From Candidatus Bathyarchaeia archaeon (GTDB lineage Archaea; Thermoproteota; Bathyarchaeia; 40CM-2-53-6), in assembly GCA_050013255.1 (NCBI GenBank), contig JBEKFP010000001.1, positions 960,001 through 1,024,000 of the forward strand: 64,000 bases of DNA, read 5' to 3'. The notes below the pieces were generated by a model. The model ran no database searches. It worked only from the letters and a program-made list of their open reading frames with translations, and was not told the origin of the DNA. The translations under genes were made by a program, and so were the position numbers. Positions 47,801-58,011 of the stretch are shown piece by piece. Within the stretch, counting starts at the first letter, position 1. Every line of letters begins with the position of its first letter.

Positions 47801-48748
47801 ATGGCAGAGTACGACATAATCATTATCGGTTCCGGCCCCGCGGGTTTGACAGCAGCAATCTATGCTGGCCGAGCACTCGTAAAGACTCTCGTTGTTGCCG
47901 GCCGCCTGTCAGGCGGACAACTCATGCTCACCAGCGGCGTGGAAAATTTCCCAGGCTTCCATGACGGAATACAAGGGCCCGAGCTAATGCAAGAGATGAA
48001 GAAACAGGCTGAACGTTTTAGCGTGCAATTGCTTGAGGATGATGCTGAATCGGTAGATTTCTCCCGTAGACCGTTCAAGGTGACCGTCGGCGGCAAGATT
48101 CACACATCGAAAGCCATCATAATAGCGACGGGGTCATCTGCCAAATGGCTGGGCTTGCTTTCTGAAGAGCGGTTACGTGGTCGCGGCATTTCAAGCTGTG
48201 CCACGTGTGACGGCTATTTCTTTAGGGGGAAGCGAGTCGTCGTTGTCGGCGGTGGAGACACAGCGGTCGAAGAAGCGCTCTTCCTAACAAAATACGCCAC
48301 TGAAGTTATTGTTGTCCATAGACGCGGTGAGCTGCGTGCCAGCAAGATTATGCAAAAACGAGCCCTATCTAACGAGAAGATAAAATTCGTTTGGGAGTCG
48401 GTAATCGACGATGTTCTTGGGAAGCAAGGCGTCGAAGGTGTAAGGCTCAAGAACGTCAAGACGGGTGAGCAATCAATCGTGCCCTGTGATGGTGTCTTTG
48501 TAGCAATTGGATTTGAACCCAACACCAAAATCTTCGGAGGGCAGGTGCGATTGGATGAGAAGGGCTATATCCTTACTCGGGAGGGGACGAGGGCTTCGGT
48601 TGACGGCGTTTTCGTCGCAGGGGACGTTCATGATTTCAAGTACCGTCAAGCCGTAACAGCGGCTGGGGAGGGGTGTAAGGCTGCTCTGGATGCCTTCGCG
48701 TACCTAGAAGAGCAGAAAGAAGTTACCTTGACGGCGAAAGAGAAGTAA
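47801..48748 (+). CDS. trxB: thioredoxin-disulfide reductase
   Basis: GSGPAG, ENFPGF, CATCDG, GGGDTAVEEA, GDV..YRQA. Confidence 0.96.
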   Translation: MAEYDIIIIGSGPAGLTAAIYAGRALVKTLVVAGRLSGGQLMLTSGVENFPGFHDGIQGPELMQEMKKQAERFSVQLLEDDAESVDFSRRPFKVTVGGKIHTSKAIIIATGSSAKWLGLLSEERLRGRGISSCATCDGYFFRGKRVVVVGGGDTAVEEALFLTKYATEVIVVHRRGELRASKIMQKRALSNEKIKFVWESVIDDVLGKQGVEGVRLKNVKTGEQSIVPCDGVFVAIGFEPNTKIFGGQVRLDEKGYILTREGTRASVDGVFVAGDVHDFKYRQAVTAAGEGCKAALDAFAYLEEQKEVTLTAKEK

Positions 48749-48761
48749 ACGAAAACCTACG

Positions 48762-50060
48762 ATGTTCCAGTTCGGAACATCTCTCGTGTCTCATAACCGG
48801 GGTGTCAAGTTGAAGGCAATAGTCCGTTGGTCGGATGGAGTCGCTTTACGCTATAACGAGACTAGGATTCTGTTCGACCCCATTGAAAGCGATCCGGTCG
48901 TGCCAGACCTTTTCATAACCCACGCACATTACGACCATTACAAGGGCTTCCAATTTCCAATTCAAACGAAGTACTCGACGAAGGAAACGCGGGAACTTTA
49001 CGAAATTGATAGCGGCCGCAAGACCGGAAATTGGCAACAGGTTCGCCTAGGCCGCCGTTTGAAGCTCGGCGAAGTTGAGGTCGAAGCGCACGATGCGGGT
49101 CATATATTGGGCGCTGTTCAGTATGAAATTATTACGCCTGAAGGTAGCATCGTCTACACTAGCCATATCAATTTCGTTGATACCCTTCTCACACACGCCG
49201 CAGAAGTGGCTCCGTGCGAGCTGCTTATTATCGAAACAACACTCGCCTCGCCCTCACGTGTTCTTGCACCACGTGAGTCTGTCGTAGCTCAAATTGTGAA
49301 GTGGGCTTTACAATGCGTTAAGGAGAGACGGATTCCTGCATTCATGACTGATAGGATTGGCAACGCTCAGGAGCTCGTGAGAATCTTCAACAACTGGACC
49401 GAGCTGCCAGTTGTAGTTCACCCCAAGATAGCTCGCGTCAACAAAGTCTATGAAAACGGTGGCGTTGCGTTGCATTACACTGACTCCTCAACCCCTCAAT
49501 CCCAAAGTTTGGTTGAGAACGCTGAGTGCATAGTGGTCGTCCCTAGAGGGTTTGACGCAACCCGTTTTGGGGATTTCAGAATCGCAAACGTTTCATGCTG
49601 GTCAAGTAAGGATGAAGACGAGGTTGGTAAAAGCTTCCAGTTGAGTGATCAAGCAGACCTCAATCAGTTATTACGATTCGTACAGGAAGCAAGGCCGAAG
49701 AACGTTCTAACCTTTCGAGGAGCGAGCAAGGTTTTTGCACAAATGGTAAACAGAAAACTCGGAATAACTGCGAACGAATTGGCGGGAAACATAACGCGTC
49801 CCAAGCTTCCTCAGCCAAAGCTAGATGAGGGCCGAATCGTGAAGTGCCAGGATATTCTCCTGAATTCTATGGATATTTTGGATTTCACATATGAGAAAGA
49901 AGACCTGCTCAACTTGGGAATGAGGCAAGGTTTCAAAGGTTCAGAAATTGAGGAAGCATTGGAACGCTTCATCAAGAGCGGGGGTCTAGAATATTCACAG
50001 TTGGTTGATGGATACAGACTCTCGTTCAGCCGGAATTCGAAACAAACCGAACGTAATTAG
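48762..50060 (+). CDS. MBL-fold/beta-CASP-like protein with C-terminal extension
   Basis: THAHYDH, AGHILG, IETT, IGNAQEL, SDQAD. Confidence 0.75.
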   Translation: MFQFGTSLVSHNRGVKLKAIVRWSDGVALRYNETRILFDPIESDPVVPDLFITHAHYDHYKGFQFPIQTKYSTKETRELYEIDSGRKTGNWQQVRLGRRLKLGEVEVEAHDAGHILGAVQYEIITPEGSIVYTSHINFVDTLLTHAAEVAPCELLIIETTLASPSRVLAPRESVVAQIVKWALQCVKERRIPAFMTDRIGNAQELVRIFNNWTELPVVVHPKIARVNKVYENGGVALHYTDSSTPQSQSLVENAECIVVVPRGFDATRFGDFRIANVSCWSSKDEDEVGKSFQLSDQADLNQLLRFVQEARPKNVLTFRGASKVFAQMVNRKLGITANELAGNITRPKLPQPKLDEGRIVKCQDILLNSMDILDFTYEKEDLLNLGMRQGFKGSEIEEALERFIKSGGLEYSQLVDGYRLSFSRNSKQTERN

Positions 50061-50327
50061 AGTCCGAGTCCCCTCAGTAGAAACTTATGTTGGCACATTG
50101 GACAGTAGGTAGTTTCACGAGGGATCGTCTGGCCGCAATAAGCGCACCTAATGTATAGTGATCCTAATTGCATATTTGACCAGCATGGAAACCCTGGCAT
50201 TTTTCATTTGGAGGTTTCTTTGCTATACTTGCCAACCTGCGCTTTGTTCATCGTGTAGTTAATACAAGGTCCAGGCAAAGTTACGCGCCCTTCAGAAAGC
50301 CTGAAATTCACTTCATGCAACATCTGC

Positions 50328-50806
50328 GTGTCTTCGTTGGGCCAAGTTCTGAGAGAGTCGGAATACGTCAAACGGACTCCAAAGTCTCGAGCGATGTTTG
50401 AGCGTGCTAAGAGGGTTGAGCCCGCTGGTGTTTCATACAAGAATAGATACTTCGAGCCCTACCCATTTTTCGTCAGAGAGGCTCGTGGTGCGAAACTGAT
50501 TGACCTAGATGGAAACGCATTCATGGACTACTGGTGTACGCACTTTGCAATGATTCTTGGGCACGCACATCCCACTGTCATGCAAGCCATTAGGACACAA
50601 ACAGAAAACGGGTGGCATTTTGGCCTCGCCCACGAGTTGGAAGTAACCCTCTCAGAAACTATAACGAAAAACGTTCCGAGCGCTGAACTAGTTCGATACA
50701 CGAGCTCCGGTAGCGAAGCAAACTTCTTCGCGATCCGGTTAGCGAGAACATTCACCCGAAGAGAGAAGATTGCTAAATTCGAAGGCTGTTGGCATGGGGC
50801 GTATGA
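50328..50806 (+). pseudogene. truncated class III aminotransferase (HemL/GSA-like), N-terminal third only
   Basis: PAGVS, DLDGN..MDY, ILGHAHP, SGSEAN..AIRLAR, KFEGCWHG; similarity ends near 50806, before the PLP-lysine region; ORF stops at 50888. Confidence 0.8.
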
Positions 50807-51143
50807 TGTCGGGCACACCCTTCGAATTGTACACCTACAATACTGTCAGAAAACGATATCCTGCGGTTGCGGGATGGGAAATCTATGAACAGTATACAAT
50901 CCCTGATGGCTCAAGGGTAGATTTCAGCGTAATAGGAGAGGGGACCTAGAGACGCTGGTCGTTGAAGCAAAAGACAAGGAAACCCTACTCCCGACCGACA
51001 TAGACCAAGTTCTTCACTACTCAAAGGTTTGCGGAACAAACAATGGAATCATCTACGTAGCAAACGATACAGATTTCTCTTCTGTTCAAGACTACGCTAG
51101 TGAACTCGGAGTCCAGATAATTAGAACTCAATGGCGTGCTTGA
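50803..51143 (+). pseudogene. frameshifted PD-(D/E)xK nuclease-like gene (Mrr/NucS-like)
   Basis: First frame MMSGTPFE...PDGSRVDF stops at TAG 50947; second frame continues LVVEAKD...DIDQVLHY...GIIYVA to TGA 51143; shift near the G-run at 50940-50943. Confidence 0.65.
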
Positions 51144-51395
51144 ATGACAGGGTCCAGAACCAGTAGATTCTAGAGGGAAGGAGAATCGTAAGCTGAGATG
51201 AGGAGGAATTAATTGTCAGTCAGAATCGAGGCGGCCAAGGAAGCTACAAAGACCGAAGCAGCGATTAGCTATGAGTTATAGAGAACATGCGTCAACGCTG
51301 TTCAGGCAGACGATGTCAGTGGACGATTCCTTGCAGGATTCTTTAGAGAAACTGGCCTTGAGGAAGAGTTCGGACAGCCGCATCCGAACGGTAAG

Positions 51396-51626
51396 TCAAT
51401 CCTGAAAACCACAAAGAGGCACGGCTACAGAGAGCACAATTATCAGGAAATCAAACCAATGGTTCCTCTGATCAGAACGCGCCTCAAGGCGAGTTACGGA
51501 CGCTTTCGAACCGCCACTTCCCAGAGCGCTTGCATGTTTCCAAACAGTACCAATGCCACAATTTGGGCAAACTCGTATTGGCGTCACCTTTCCACACTTC
51601 TGGCATTCAAATTCTTCGCTCGCCAT
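51396..51626 (-). CDS. small zinc-ribbon protein or fragment (CxxC...CxxC)
   Basis: MASEEFECQKCGKVTPIRVCPNCG from ATG at 51626. Confidence 0.4.
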   Translation of the reverse strand: MASEEFECQKCGKVTPIRVCPNCGIGTVWKHASALGSGGSKASVTRLEARSDQRNHWFDFLIIVLSVAVPLCGFQD

Positions 51627-52522
51627 TTTTCCTTCACCGACAGTTTGCATATGAGTGATCCCAGAATCACAAGGAGGCATCCCGCCCACAGATACAATCC
51701 CGTTCCGACTCCAAGGTACGCAGAACCGATAACGATAGATAAGAGGGGAGTAAGATACGACAGCGACGCCACGAGAATCATGTCGCCTCTTCTCATCGCC
51801 GTATCCCAGAACACATAGGCAAGGATCGTAGGGAACACTGCCATATACGCAAGCTCAATGATTGATTGACTAGTCCATTGCGTTGTCTCAGGGAAGAGAA
51901 GCCTCAATCCAGCGAGCATTAGGCCACTTGCGAGAAGGAACAGTGGGACCGCTCCGCTCTCCGCTTCCCTTGTCCACCGTCGCAGCAGGTTTGAGTAAAG
52001 CGCCCAACAAATTGCGGCCACGAACGCCAGGAGGTATGGAAACGAGTTCGCTTCAAGATTCGCAACAAATACTTGCCACGACTCTCCGGCCTCTGCTGCG
52101 GCAAAAAGTACGCCACCAAATGCCAGAAGACATCCAGGAATCAGTGTGGCCCGTGCTCTCCCGCGAAGAATTGGAACTGCCATCACCAGAGTCAGGCTCG
52201 GCCACAAGTAGTTCACGAGTCCCACTTCGAGAACTTGCAGACGACTAGCCGCGGCCCCGATCGCCACATAGAGACACGCCATATATGTGATGAACAAACC
52301 GCCACATCCATAGAGGTAAGCTCTGGAGATGCGATTGATCCCCCGAAACTTGTGAGAGAGGGTGAAGTATGTGCAGGAGACGCCGCCTGCTATCAAGAAG
52401 ATGCAGGAGGCAGCGGTAAGCGTTCCAAGCTTCTCGGCAAGACTCCGCGAGAATGCTATTGTGGAACCCCAAAACAGAATTGCGAGGACGCCCTGAACGG
52501 TGCAACGATTTCGCTCGTTCAC
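51584..52522 (-). CDS. EamA/DMT family transporter (YddG-like)
   Basis: About 10 TM, LFWGST, NYLWP, WALYS, LSYLTP. Confidence 0.88.
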   Translation of the reverse strand: MNERNRCTVQGVLAILFWGSTIAFSRSLAEKLGTLTAASCIFLIAGGVSCTYFTLSHKFRGINRISRAYLYGCGGLFITYMACLYVAIGAAASRLQVLEVGLVNYLWPSLTLVMAVPILRGRARATLIPGCLLAFGGVLFAAAEAGESWQVFVANLEANSFPYLLAFVAAICWALYSNLLRRWTREAESGAVPLFLLASGLMLAGLRLLFPETTQWTSQSIIELAYMAVFPTILAYVFWDTAMRRGDMILVASLSYLTPLLSIVIGSAYLGVGTGLYLWAGCLLVILGSLICKLSVKEKWRAKNLNARSVER

Positions 52523-52897
52523 AGAGAATGCCTCATGATCTACCGAGAAATTTTTCTTCTACCTCTACGCTCCCTAGCCTTATTGTCCCTCTTGGCTAGT
52601 GATCTGTCTAAGGTCATTCTTAACTGAATACGAGTAGGTCTGAAAGAAATACCATCGAAGCCTTCTTTCCTTCTAGAGAAATATCGCATAAGAGTTATCA
52701 GTTGCGGTTCAAACTTGAGGCGCCTTAGGTCTGTTAGCACATGCATTTTGTCAGTCGAGAGTCATCGCCTGGTTTGCCAAAATCATATATCCACATGACA
52801 ATTCGAGGAGACGGTACTACTGGATTCAGTTGCCGGGTTAATTCGATGCGGCGCAAACTTCTCGAAGATCGATTGGGCATCAAATTGGGCTGATCTT

Positions 52898-54613
52898 ATG
52901 AATAGCTTGGAATTCGATAATGTGACATTTTCCTACGCGGGAGCAAAGGAACCTGCGCTGAAGGATATCAACCTCAAGATCCCCAAAGGGCAAAGTGTAC
53001 TAATCGCCGGCCCAAACGCCGCCGGCAAGACGACGCTCTGCAGATGCATGAATGGCCTTGTCCCACATTTCTTCATCGGTGACCTCAACGGAAAAGTGAC
53101 AATAAACGGCATCAACAGCAAGCAGTCGGGAATAGGGCAGCTTTCGCAAGTGGCTGGACTAGTGTTTGATGATCCGACTAGTCAGTTGGTGTGCTCAACT
53201 GTTAAAGATGAAGCAGCGTTTGGAGCTGAGAATCTAGGTGTTTCAAGAGAAGAGATCGATAGGAGAGTCACAGACGCTCTTGAGGCTGTCAGACTGATAG
53301 GATATGAGACTAGAATTCCCCAAACCCTGTCGGGAGGCGAACAGCAAGCCATAGCAATAGCGTCCATCATGGTCATGGATCCAGAAATTTTCGTCCTCGA
53401 CGAGCCTACCTCAAATCTTGATCCGATTGGATCTATGCAAGTGCTGTCAATCATAAGCGACTTGGCAAGAAAGCAAGAGAAGACGCTGATCGTAGTCTCT
53501 CACAGCATCGAGCACTTCGTCGACCTAGCTGATAGAATAATAGTGATGAACGAAGGGCGAGTAGTATTAGATGACGCTCCTAAGGAAGTCCTTCAGAAGA
53601 CTGAGCAGCTTCTCGATATGGGTTTGTCCCCTCCTGAGGTAACGACGCTTTTTTCACGGCTTCGTGCAGAAGGCGTTAGTCTAGGCGGGGGTAAGATCCC
53701 CATCAGGTTAGAAGAAGCGTATGGCGCGCTAAAGAATGTGTCAGCCAGAAAGGCTCCGGAACCAAAATCATCAGCTGCTGAGAAACGGGGGGATGTCGTA
53801 ATCGAGGTTAAAGGAGTCGAGTTCAGGTATCCTAGCTCGGATGTATTGGCCCTCAATGGCATAAACATCGAGATCAGAAAGAATGAATTTGTCGCAATCA
53901 TCGGTCAAAACGGCTCTGGGAAGTCAACTCTCGTGAAACACTTCAACGGGTTGTTAAGGCCTAGCGGTGGGACCGTGTCTGTTTATGGACTGGGGACTGC
54001 CAAAACGCCTGTGTGGGAGCTCAGTAAGAGGGTGGGTTATGTCTTCCAAAACCCCGATCTGCAGCTCTTCAATACGACCGTGAGAAATGAGATCGATTTC
54101 TCTCTGAAAGCAATCGGCATGCCGCTTGAGAAGAGGGGCGACGTGGTGGAATCTGTCTCCAAGCGACTGAACATACAACAGTATTTGGATACGAGTCCGG
54201 GCACCCTGGACAAGGGGGGAAGACAGCGAGTTGCTATTGCAGCGATATTGGCAATGAACCCCGACATTTTTGTGATCGATGAACCCACAACAGGGCAGGA
54301 TCCAGCGCACAGCAGACAAGTAATGAACATAGCACGTGAGCTTCACTCTGAAGGAAAGACCATTGTCTTCATCACGCACAACATGGAGATTGTGGCCGAG
54401 TATGCACCACGAGGAATCATAATGTTTCATGGACGCGTGCTGTACGACGGGCCTGTGAGGCAACTATTTCAGCAAACCGAAGTTCTCAAGGAATCGTTCT
54501 TAGAAGCACCCCAGATGGTGCGCCTCGCACATATGCTGAGGAATCAGGGATTCCCGTCAACGCTACTAACAGTGGAAGAAATGGGTGAATTCATAAAGCA
54601 AAACGTTGGTTGA
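52898..54613 (+). CDS. ECF transporter ATPase, fused A-A'
   Basis: Two NBDs: GPNAAGKT/LSGGEQQ/LDEPTSNLD and GQNGSGKS/FQNPD/DEPTTGQD. Confidence 0.92.
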   Translation: MNSLEFDNVTFSYAGAKEPALKDINLKIPKGQSVLIAGPNAAGKTTLCRCMNGLVPHFFIGDLNGKVTINGINSKQSGIGQLSQVAGLVFDDPTSQLVCSTVKDEAAFGAENLGVSREEIDRRVTDALEAVRLIGYETRIPQTLSGGEQQAIAIASIMVMDPEIFVLDEPTSNLDPIGSMQVLSIISDLARKQEKTLIVVSHSIEHFVDLADRIIVMNEGRVVLDDAPKEVLQKTEQLLDMGLSPPEVTTLFSRLRAEGVSLGGGKIPIRLEEAYGALKNVSARKAPEPKSSAAEKRGDVVIEVKGVEFRYPSSDVLALNGINIEIRKNEFVAIIGQNGSGKSTLVKHFNGLLRPSGGTVSVYGLGTAKTPVWELSKRVGYVFQNPDLQLFNTTVRNEIDFSLKAIGMPLEKRGDVVESVSKRLNIQQYLDTSPGTLDKGGRQRVAIAAILAMNPDIFVIDEPTTGQDPAHSRQVMNIARELHSEGKTIVFITHNMEIVAEYAPRGIIMFHGRVLYDGPVRQLFQQTEVLKESFLEAPQMVRLAHMLRNQGFPSTLLTVEEMGEFIKQNVG

Positions 54614-55479
54614 CAGTTATGGGGCTAAGAATAGAAGTTATACCGGGTGAATCGTTCCTTCACAAGTTGGATGCTCGGCCTAAATTCCTGCTTTTCCTGC
54701 TCATCACGGTCATTGTGATTTATTTCACGGACCCTATCTACGTCGGCGCAATAATGCTAGCCGTACTCCTATTGACTCGCGCGTGCAATATTTCGATACG
54801 CAAAACTGGAGTAATAGTCAAAGCAAGCAGTCCACTTTTGATTATGTACGGTCTCATCAACGTCGTGCTGGGGCCAGCTAATACTTTAGCCGCTAAGACT
54901 CCCTCGAACATACTGTTCTATCTTATGCCCGTCATGAACTGGTTCCCTGTCACGCCTCAGGGTATTGTGCAATCAGTCGCTATATGCATCAGATACGCAA
55001 TCGTCGTCTACTTGTTACAGCTAGTTCTCTTCACAACCCCAGTCGTCGACATTGTACTGGCCCTCGTAAAGTGGAAGTTCCCATCGTCGCTAGCTCTGGG
55101 AACCAGCATTGGGTTCAACTTTGTTCCAGTGTTCATGAACACAGCTGCATCAATAATGGATGCGCAAGCATGCAGAGGGTGGAAGGGACTGAAATCGGGT
55201 AATCTCGCCGACAGAGTAAGAGCACTTCCCGTACTGCTAGTGCCATTGTTCCTTCACGGAATCGAAAGTGCACAGAAAATCGCCGTTGCAATCGAGGCTA
55301 AGGGATTCGGATACAACTTGGCAAAGAGAACTTACAGCCGGGAAATACGGCTCAGAACCATTGACTACGTCACACTCGCTGTTGAGTGCATCATCTTTGT
55401 AGTGTCAACGATACTGTACTACACAGGATACGGCACATACATGTTCACCTACTCGCTCTTGTCAGGGCTAAGACTGTGA
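54610..55479 (+). CDS. ECF transporter transmembrane T component
   Basis: SFLHKLDARPK, DAQACRG, AIEAKGF. Confidence 0.9.
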   Translation: MTVMGLRIEVIPGESFLHKLDARPKFLLFLLITVIVIYFTDPIYVGAIMLAVLLLTRACNISIRKTGVIVKASSPLLIMYGLINVVLGPANTLAAKTPSNILFYLMPVMNWFPVTPQGIVQSVAICIRYAIVVYLLQLVLFTTPVVDIVLALVKWKFPSSLALGTSIGFNFVPVFMNTAASIMDAQACRGWKGLKSGNLADRVRALPVLLVPLFLHGIESAQKIAVAIEAKGFGYNLAKRTYSREIRLRTIDYVTLAVECIIFVVSTILYYTGYGTYMFTYSLLSGLRL

Positions 55480-55577
55480 TGCGAGCTGTAGAAAATTCGG
55501 CCGAACTAAATATCTGAAGAAAAGTAAGTTCGAAAGTGTTAAGTACCCTAGAAAGTAATCGAGCCCTTCTGATTATT

Positions 55578-56096
55578 ATGCCCATATTCAAAACGAAAGA
55601 AGAACGAGGTTCGATTTGGGCGTTCGGCTCACTTCAAATCGGCTATGCGGCAGCCTTCGGTGGTCTTGCGTTTGCACTTAGGGCTCTAGGTATCGGTATT
55701 CCTATAGCGCCGGGAATGTTGATGGATGCCAGAGATGTTGTGGCAATAGTCGGTCCAGCTTTTTCTGGACTGGCCGGTGCCATTATCATCGGAATCCTTG
55801 CAGCTCTCCCATCAGCCGTCTTCAGCGTGCAATGTTACGTACCGCTTACCATGATGCACTCACTTGTGTTTCGATACTTGAAGTGGCCATGGTACCACGT
55901 TATCAATAGCATTCTCCTATTGACTGTCTACCCCACTTGGTGGGCAGTATGGTACCAGATATTCGGATTCATTCCCAACTTCTGGGTAGCTTTCGCGTCT
56001 AACCTGATAGCAGACGCAGTCTACATTCCGTCCAACATAATCTTGATTGAGATCCTCAGAAGATACAGTCCAGCGGCGAAGCGCATCATAGGCTAG
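55578..56096 (+). CDS. putative ECF substrate-specific S component
   Basis: About 170 aa, 5-6 TM, AxxxG/L N-terminal pattern, follows EcfA/T. Confidence 0.7.
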   Translation: MPIFKTKEERGSIWAFGSLQIGYAAAFGGLAFALRALGIGIPIAPGMLMDARDVVAIVGPAFSGLAGAIIIGILAALPSAVFSVQCYVPLTMMHSLVFRYLKWPWYHVINSILLLTVYPTWWAVWYQIFGFIPNFWVAFASNLIADAVYIPSNIILIEILRRYSPAAKRIIG

Positions 56097-56111
56097 GAGG
56101 AGGCAAGAAGA

Positions 56112-56330
56112 ATGGACAAGAAATATGGACCACTTGCCGTATTGGCCATGATACTAGTGATCGCGATCGCTTGGAGCGTATACTTCCAAGCGGCTCCTCC
56201 ACGAATTCTTCCGAAGTATTTCGGGATCGCACAAGGCTCCCTTGAATCTCTGATAGTACTCATCATATTGGTAGTCGTCGTCATAGCGATAGGCTACGCA
56301 GTCAGTCGAAAACGAAATAAGACGAAATAA
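56112..56330 (+). CDS. small two-TM membrane protein
   Basis: GGAGG ribosome site upstream; two hydrophobic segments and a basic tail. Confidence 0.65.
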   Translation: MDKKYGPLAVLAMILVIAIAWSVYFQAAPPRILPKYFGIAQGSLESLIVLIILVVVVIAIGYAVSRKRNKTK

Positions 56331-56455
56331 GACTCTGATCCACCCGATACATAGGAGATTCCTGTTGCCGCGAGACTAGGCAGACAGCTGCCCAGTCTTC
56401 TGGTTCGCTTTGTCGCCTGGACTCCTAAGTGCAACTTTCGGCGAACTAAAGGTGA

Positions 56456-57688
56456 TTATAGCTTCCTCACGTAGTTCTTTCCATCTTTCATTATGAGAAG
56501 AAGTTTAGATTGGTCCTGCAAAATCGTGATATCTTCCAGAGGGTTCCCATCAACAACCAGTAGGTCTGCTAGTTTTCCAGGTTCCAAAGTTCCAACCTTA
56601 GCATTTACTCGGCAGGCTTCAGACGAAATCTTAGTTGCAGCAACTATCGCCTGCATAGGCGTATATCCATACCGCACCATGAGCTCCAGCTCGCGAGCGT
56701 TCTTTCCGTGCATCCAATCTTCAATGTTGTCGGTACCAGCAGCCATCTTGACTCCTGCGGCCGCAGCCTTGCGGAAACTTTCAAAATGATTCCGCGCCAC
56801 TACTTCAACCTTTGAGCGAGCGAACTGGCTTAGGCCAAATTTGTCCGCTTGATTGGCGAGCGCGTCGATTGCCGTCAAAGTGGGAACCAGATAGGTCCCT
56901 CTTTCAATGAGCATGCGAATTGCTTCATCATCTAGCATACTTCCGTGTTCTACAGACCACACTCCGGCGAGAATAGCGTTCTTTATCCCCCGATTTCCTT
57001 CGGCATGCGCCATAACTGCTTTGCCGCGAGCTGAGGCCTCGTACACTATGGTCTTCAACTCTTCCATGGTCCATTCGGTGTACTCTGGCAGATCAGAGGG
57101 AGATGTAATTCCCCCGGTCGTACAGACTTTGATAAAGTCGAATCCTTTGCGCAGGATTCGTCTGGCGGCCAATTGAACCGCAGGCACTCCGTCAGCGAAC
57201 TCTGGACTGACAGTAAATCCCTCAGAGAACGGCAGTTCAATGTCGCGAGGATAGTAACCATCCAGGTGCCCGCCAGTTTGCGCAATCGCACCTGCCATGA
57301 CTAGTCGGGGGCCTTCGGTAATGCCCATCTCAACCGCCTGTCGAAAGCCAACATCGTTGGGCCCACAAGCGTCACGGAGAGTCGTTATGCCCGCATGAAG
57401 TGTGCGTTTCAGTATCTCTGCGCACTTCAATACCTCTAAGGAGTTAGGAACAAACAATCTCTTCTCGAGGCTTTGGCTGATCATCAACATATGGCAATGT
57501 GCGTCAAATATGCCAGGCAGAACAGTTTTCCCAGTAGCCTCAATGACCTCAGAGCCAGAGGGAACAGCAACTTTCGAGGCATCGCCGACACTCGCGATTT
57601 TTCCATCATTCCCAACAAGTATGACGCCGTTCTTAATTGGTTGGCCGCCTTTGCCATCAATCAGAAGCCCAGCTTTAATGGTTATCAC
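56456..57688 (-). CDS. binuclear amidohydrolase (Xaa-Pro dipeptidase/ochratoxinase-like)
   Basis: PGIFDAHCH, GGHLD, IKVCTTGG, AHAEG, VEHGS, AGTD, GKLADL. Confidence 0.9.
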   Translation of the reverse strand: MITIKAGLLIDGKGGQPIKNGVILVGNDGKIASVGDASKVAVPSGSEVIEATGKTVLPGIFDAHCHMLMISQSLEKRLFVPNSLEVLKCAEILKRTLHAGITTLRDACGPNDVGFRQAVEMGITEGPRLVMAGAIAQTGGHLDGYYPRDIELPFSEGFTVSPEFADGVPAVQLAARRILRKGFDFIKVCTTGGITSPSDLPEYTEWTMEELKTIVYEASARGKAVMAHAEGNRGIKNAILAGVWSVEHGSMLDDEAIRMLIERGTYLVPTLTAIDALANQADKFGLSQFARSKVEVVARNHFESFRKAAAAGVKMAAGTDNIEDWMHGKNARELELMVRYGYTPMQAIVAATKISSEACRVNAKVGTLEPGKLADLLVVDGNPLEDITILQDQSKLLLIMKDGKNYVRKL

Positions 57689-58011
57689 TGTGACCGACCT
57701 CAGTCTACTCTTCTCGAATCTTCTATTAACAGTTCTGTACTATTGCCAACTTCTAGATGAACACCGCACGACGGGACATTATCTTGGCGGGCATTGGTCA
57801 ATTCCCGCAGTCCACTCTAGTCTTTGTTACCGCGGGTTATGCGAGGACCGGCAGGGGCGCTCATCCTCCTCAAGAGACATGCAATGTGCCAATAACTAAC
57901 TAACTATAACTTCCACTGTGGCTTTATCATGACAGGTAGCGCGACTTAGTGATGAAGATAATCGGTCCTCGCAAAGCCCTAACATGAGTTTGGTCGCGCT
58001 TACGAACACTC

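Noticed and set aside
52530-52897. Riboswitch upstream of the ECF operon
   Set aside because: No TPP, cobalamin, FMN or other recognisable consensus by eye; an Infernal/Rfam scan would be needed to exclude it
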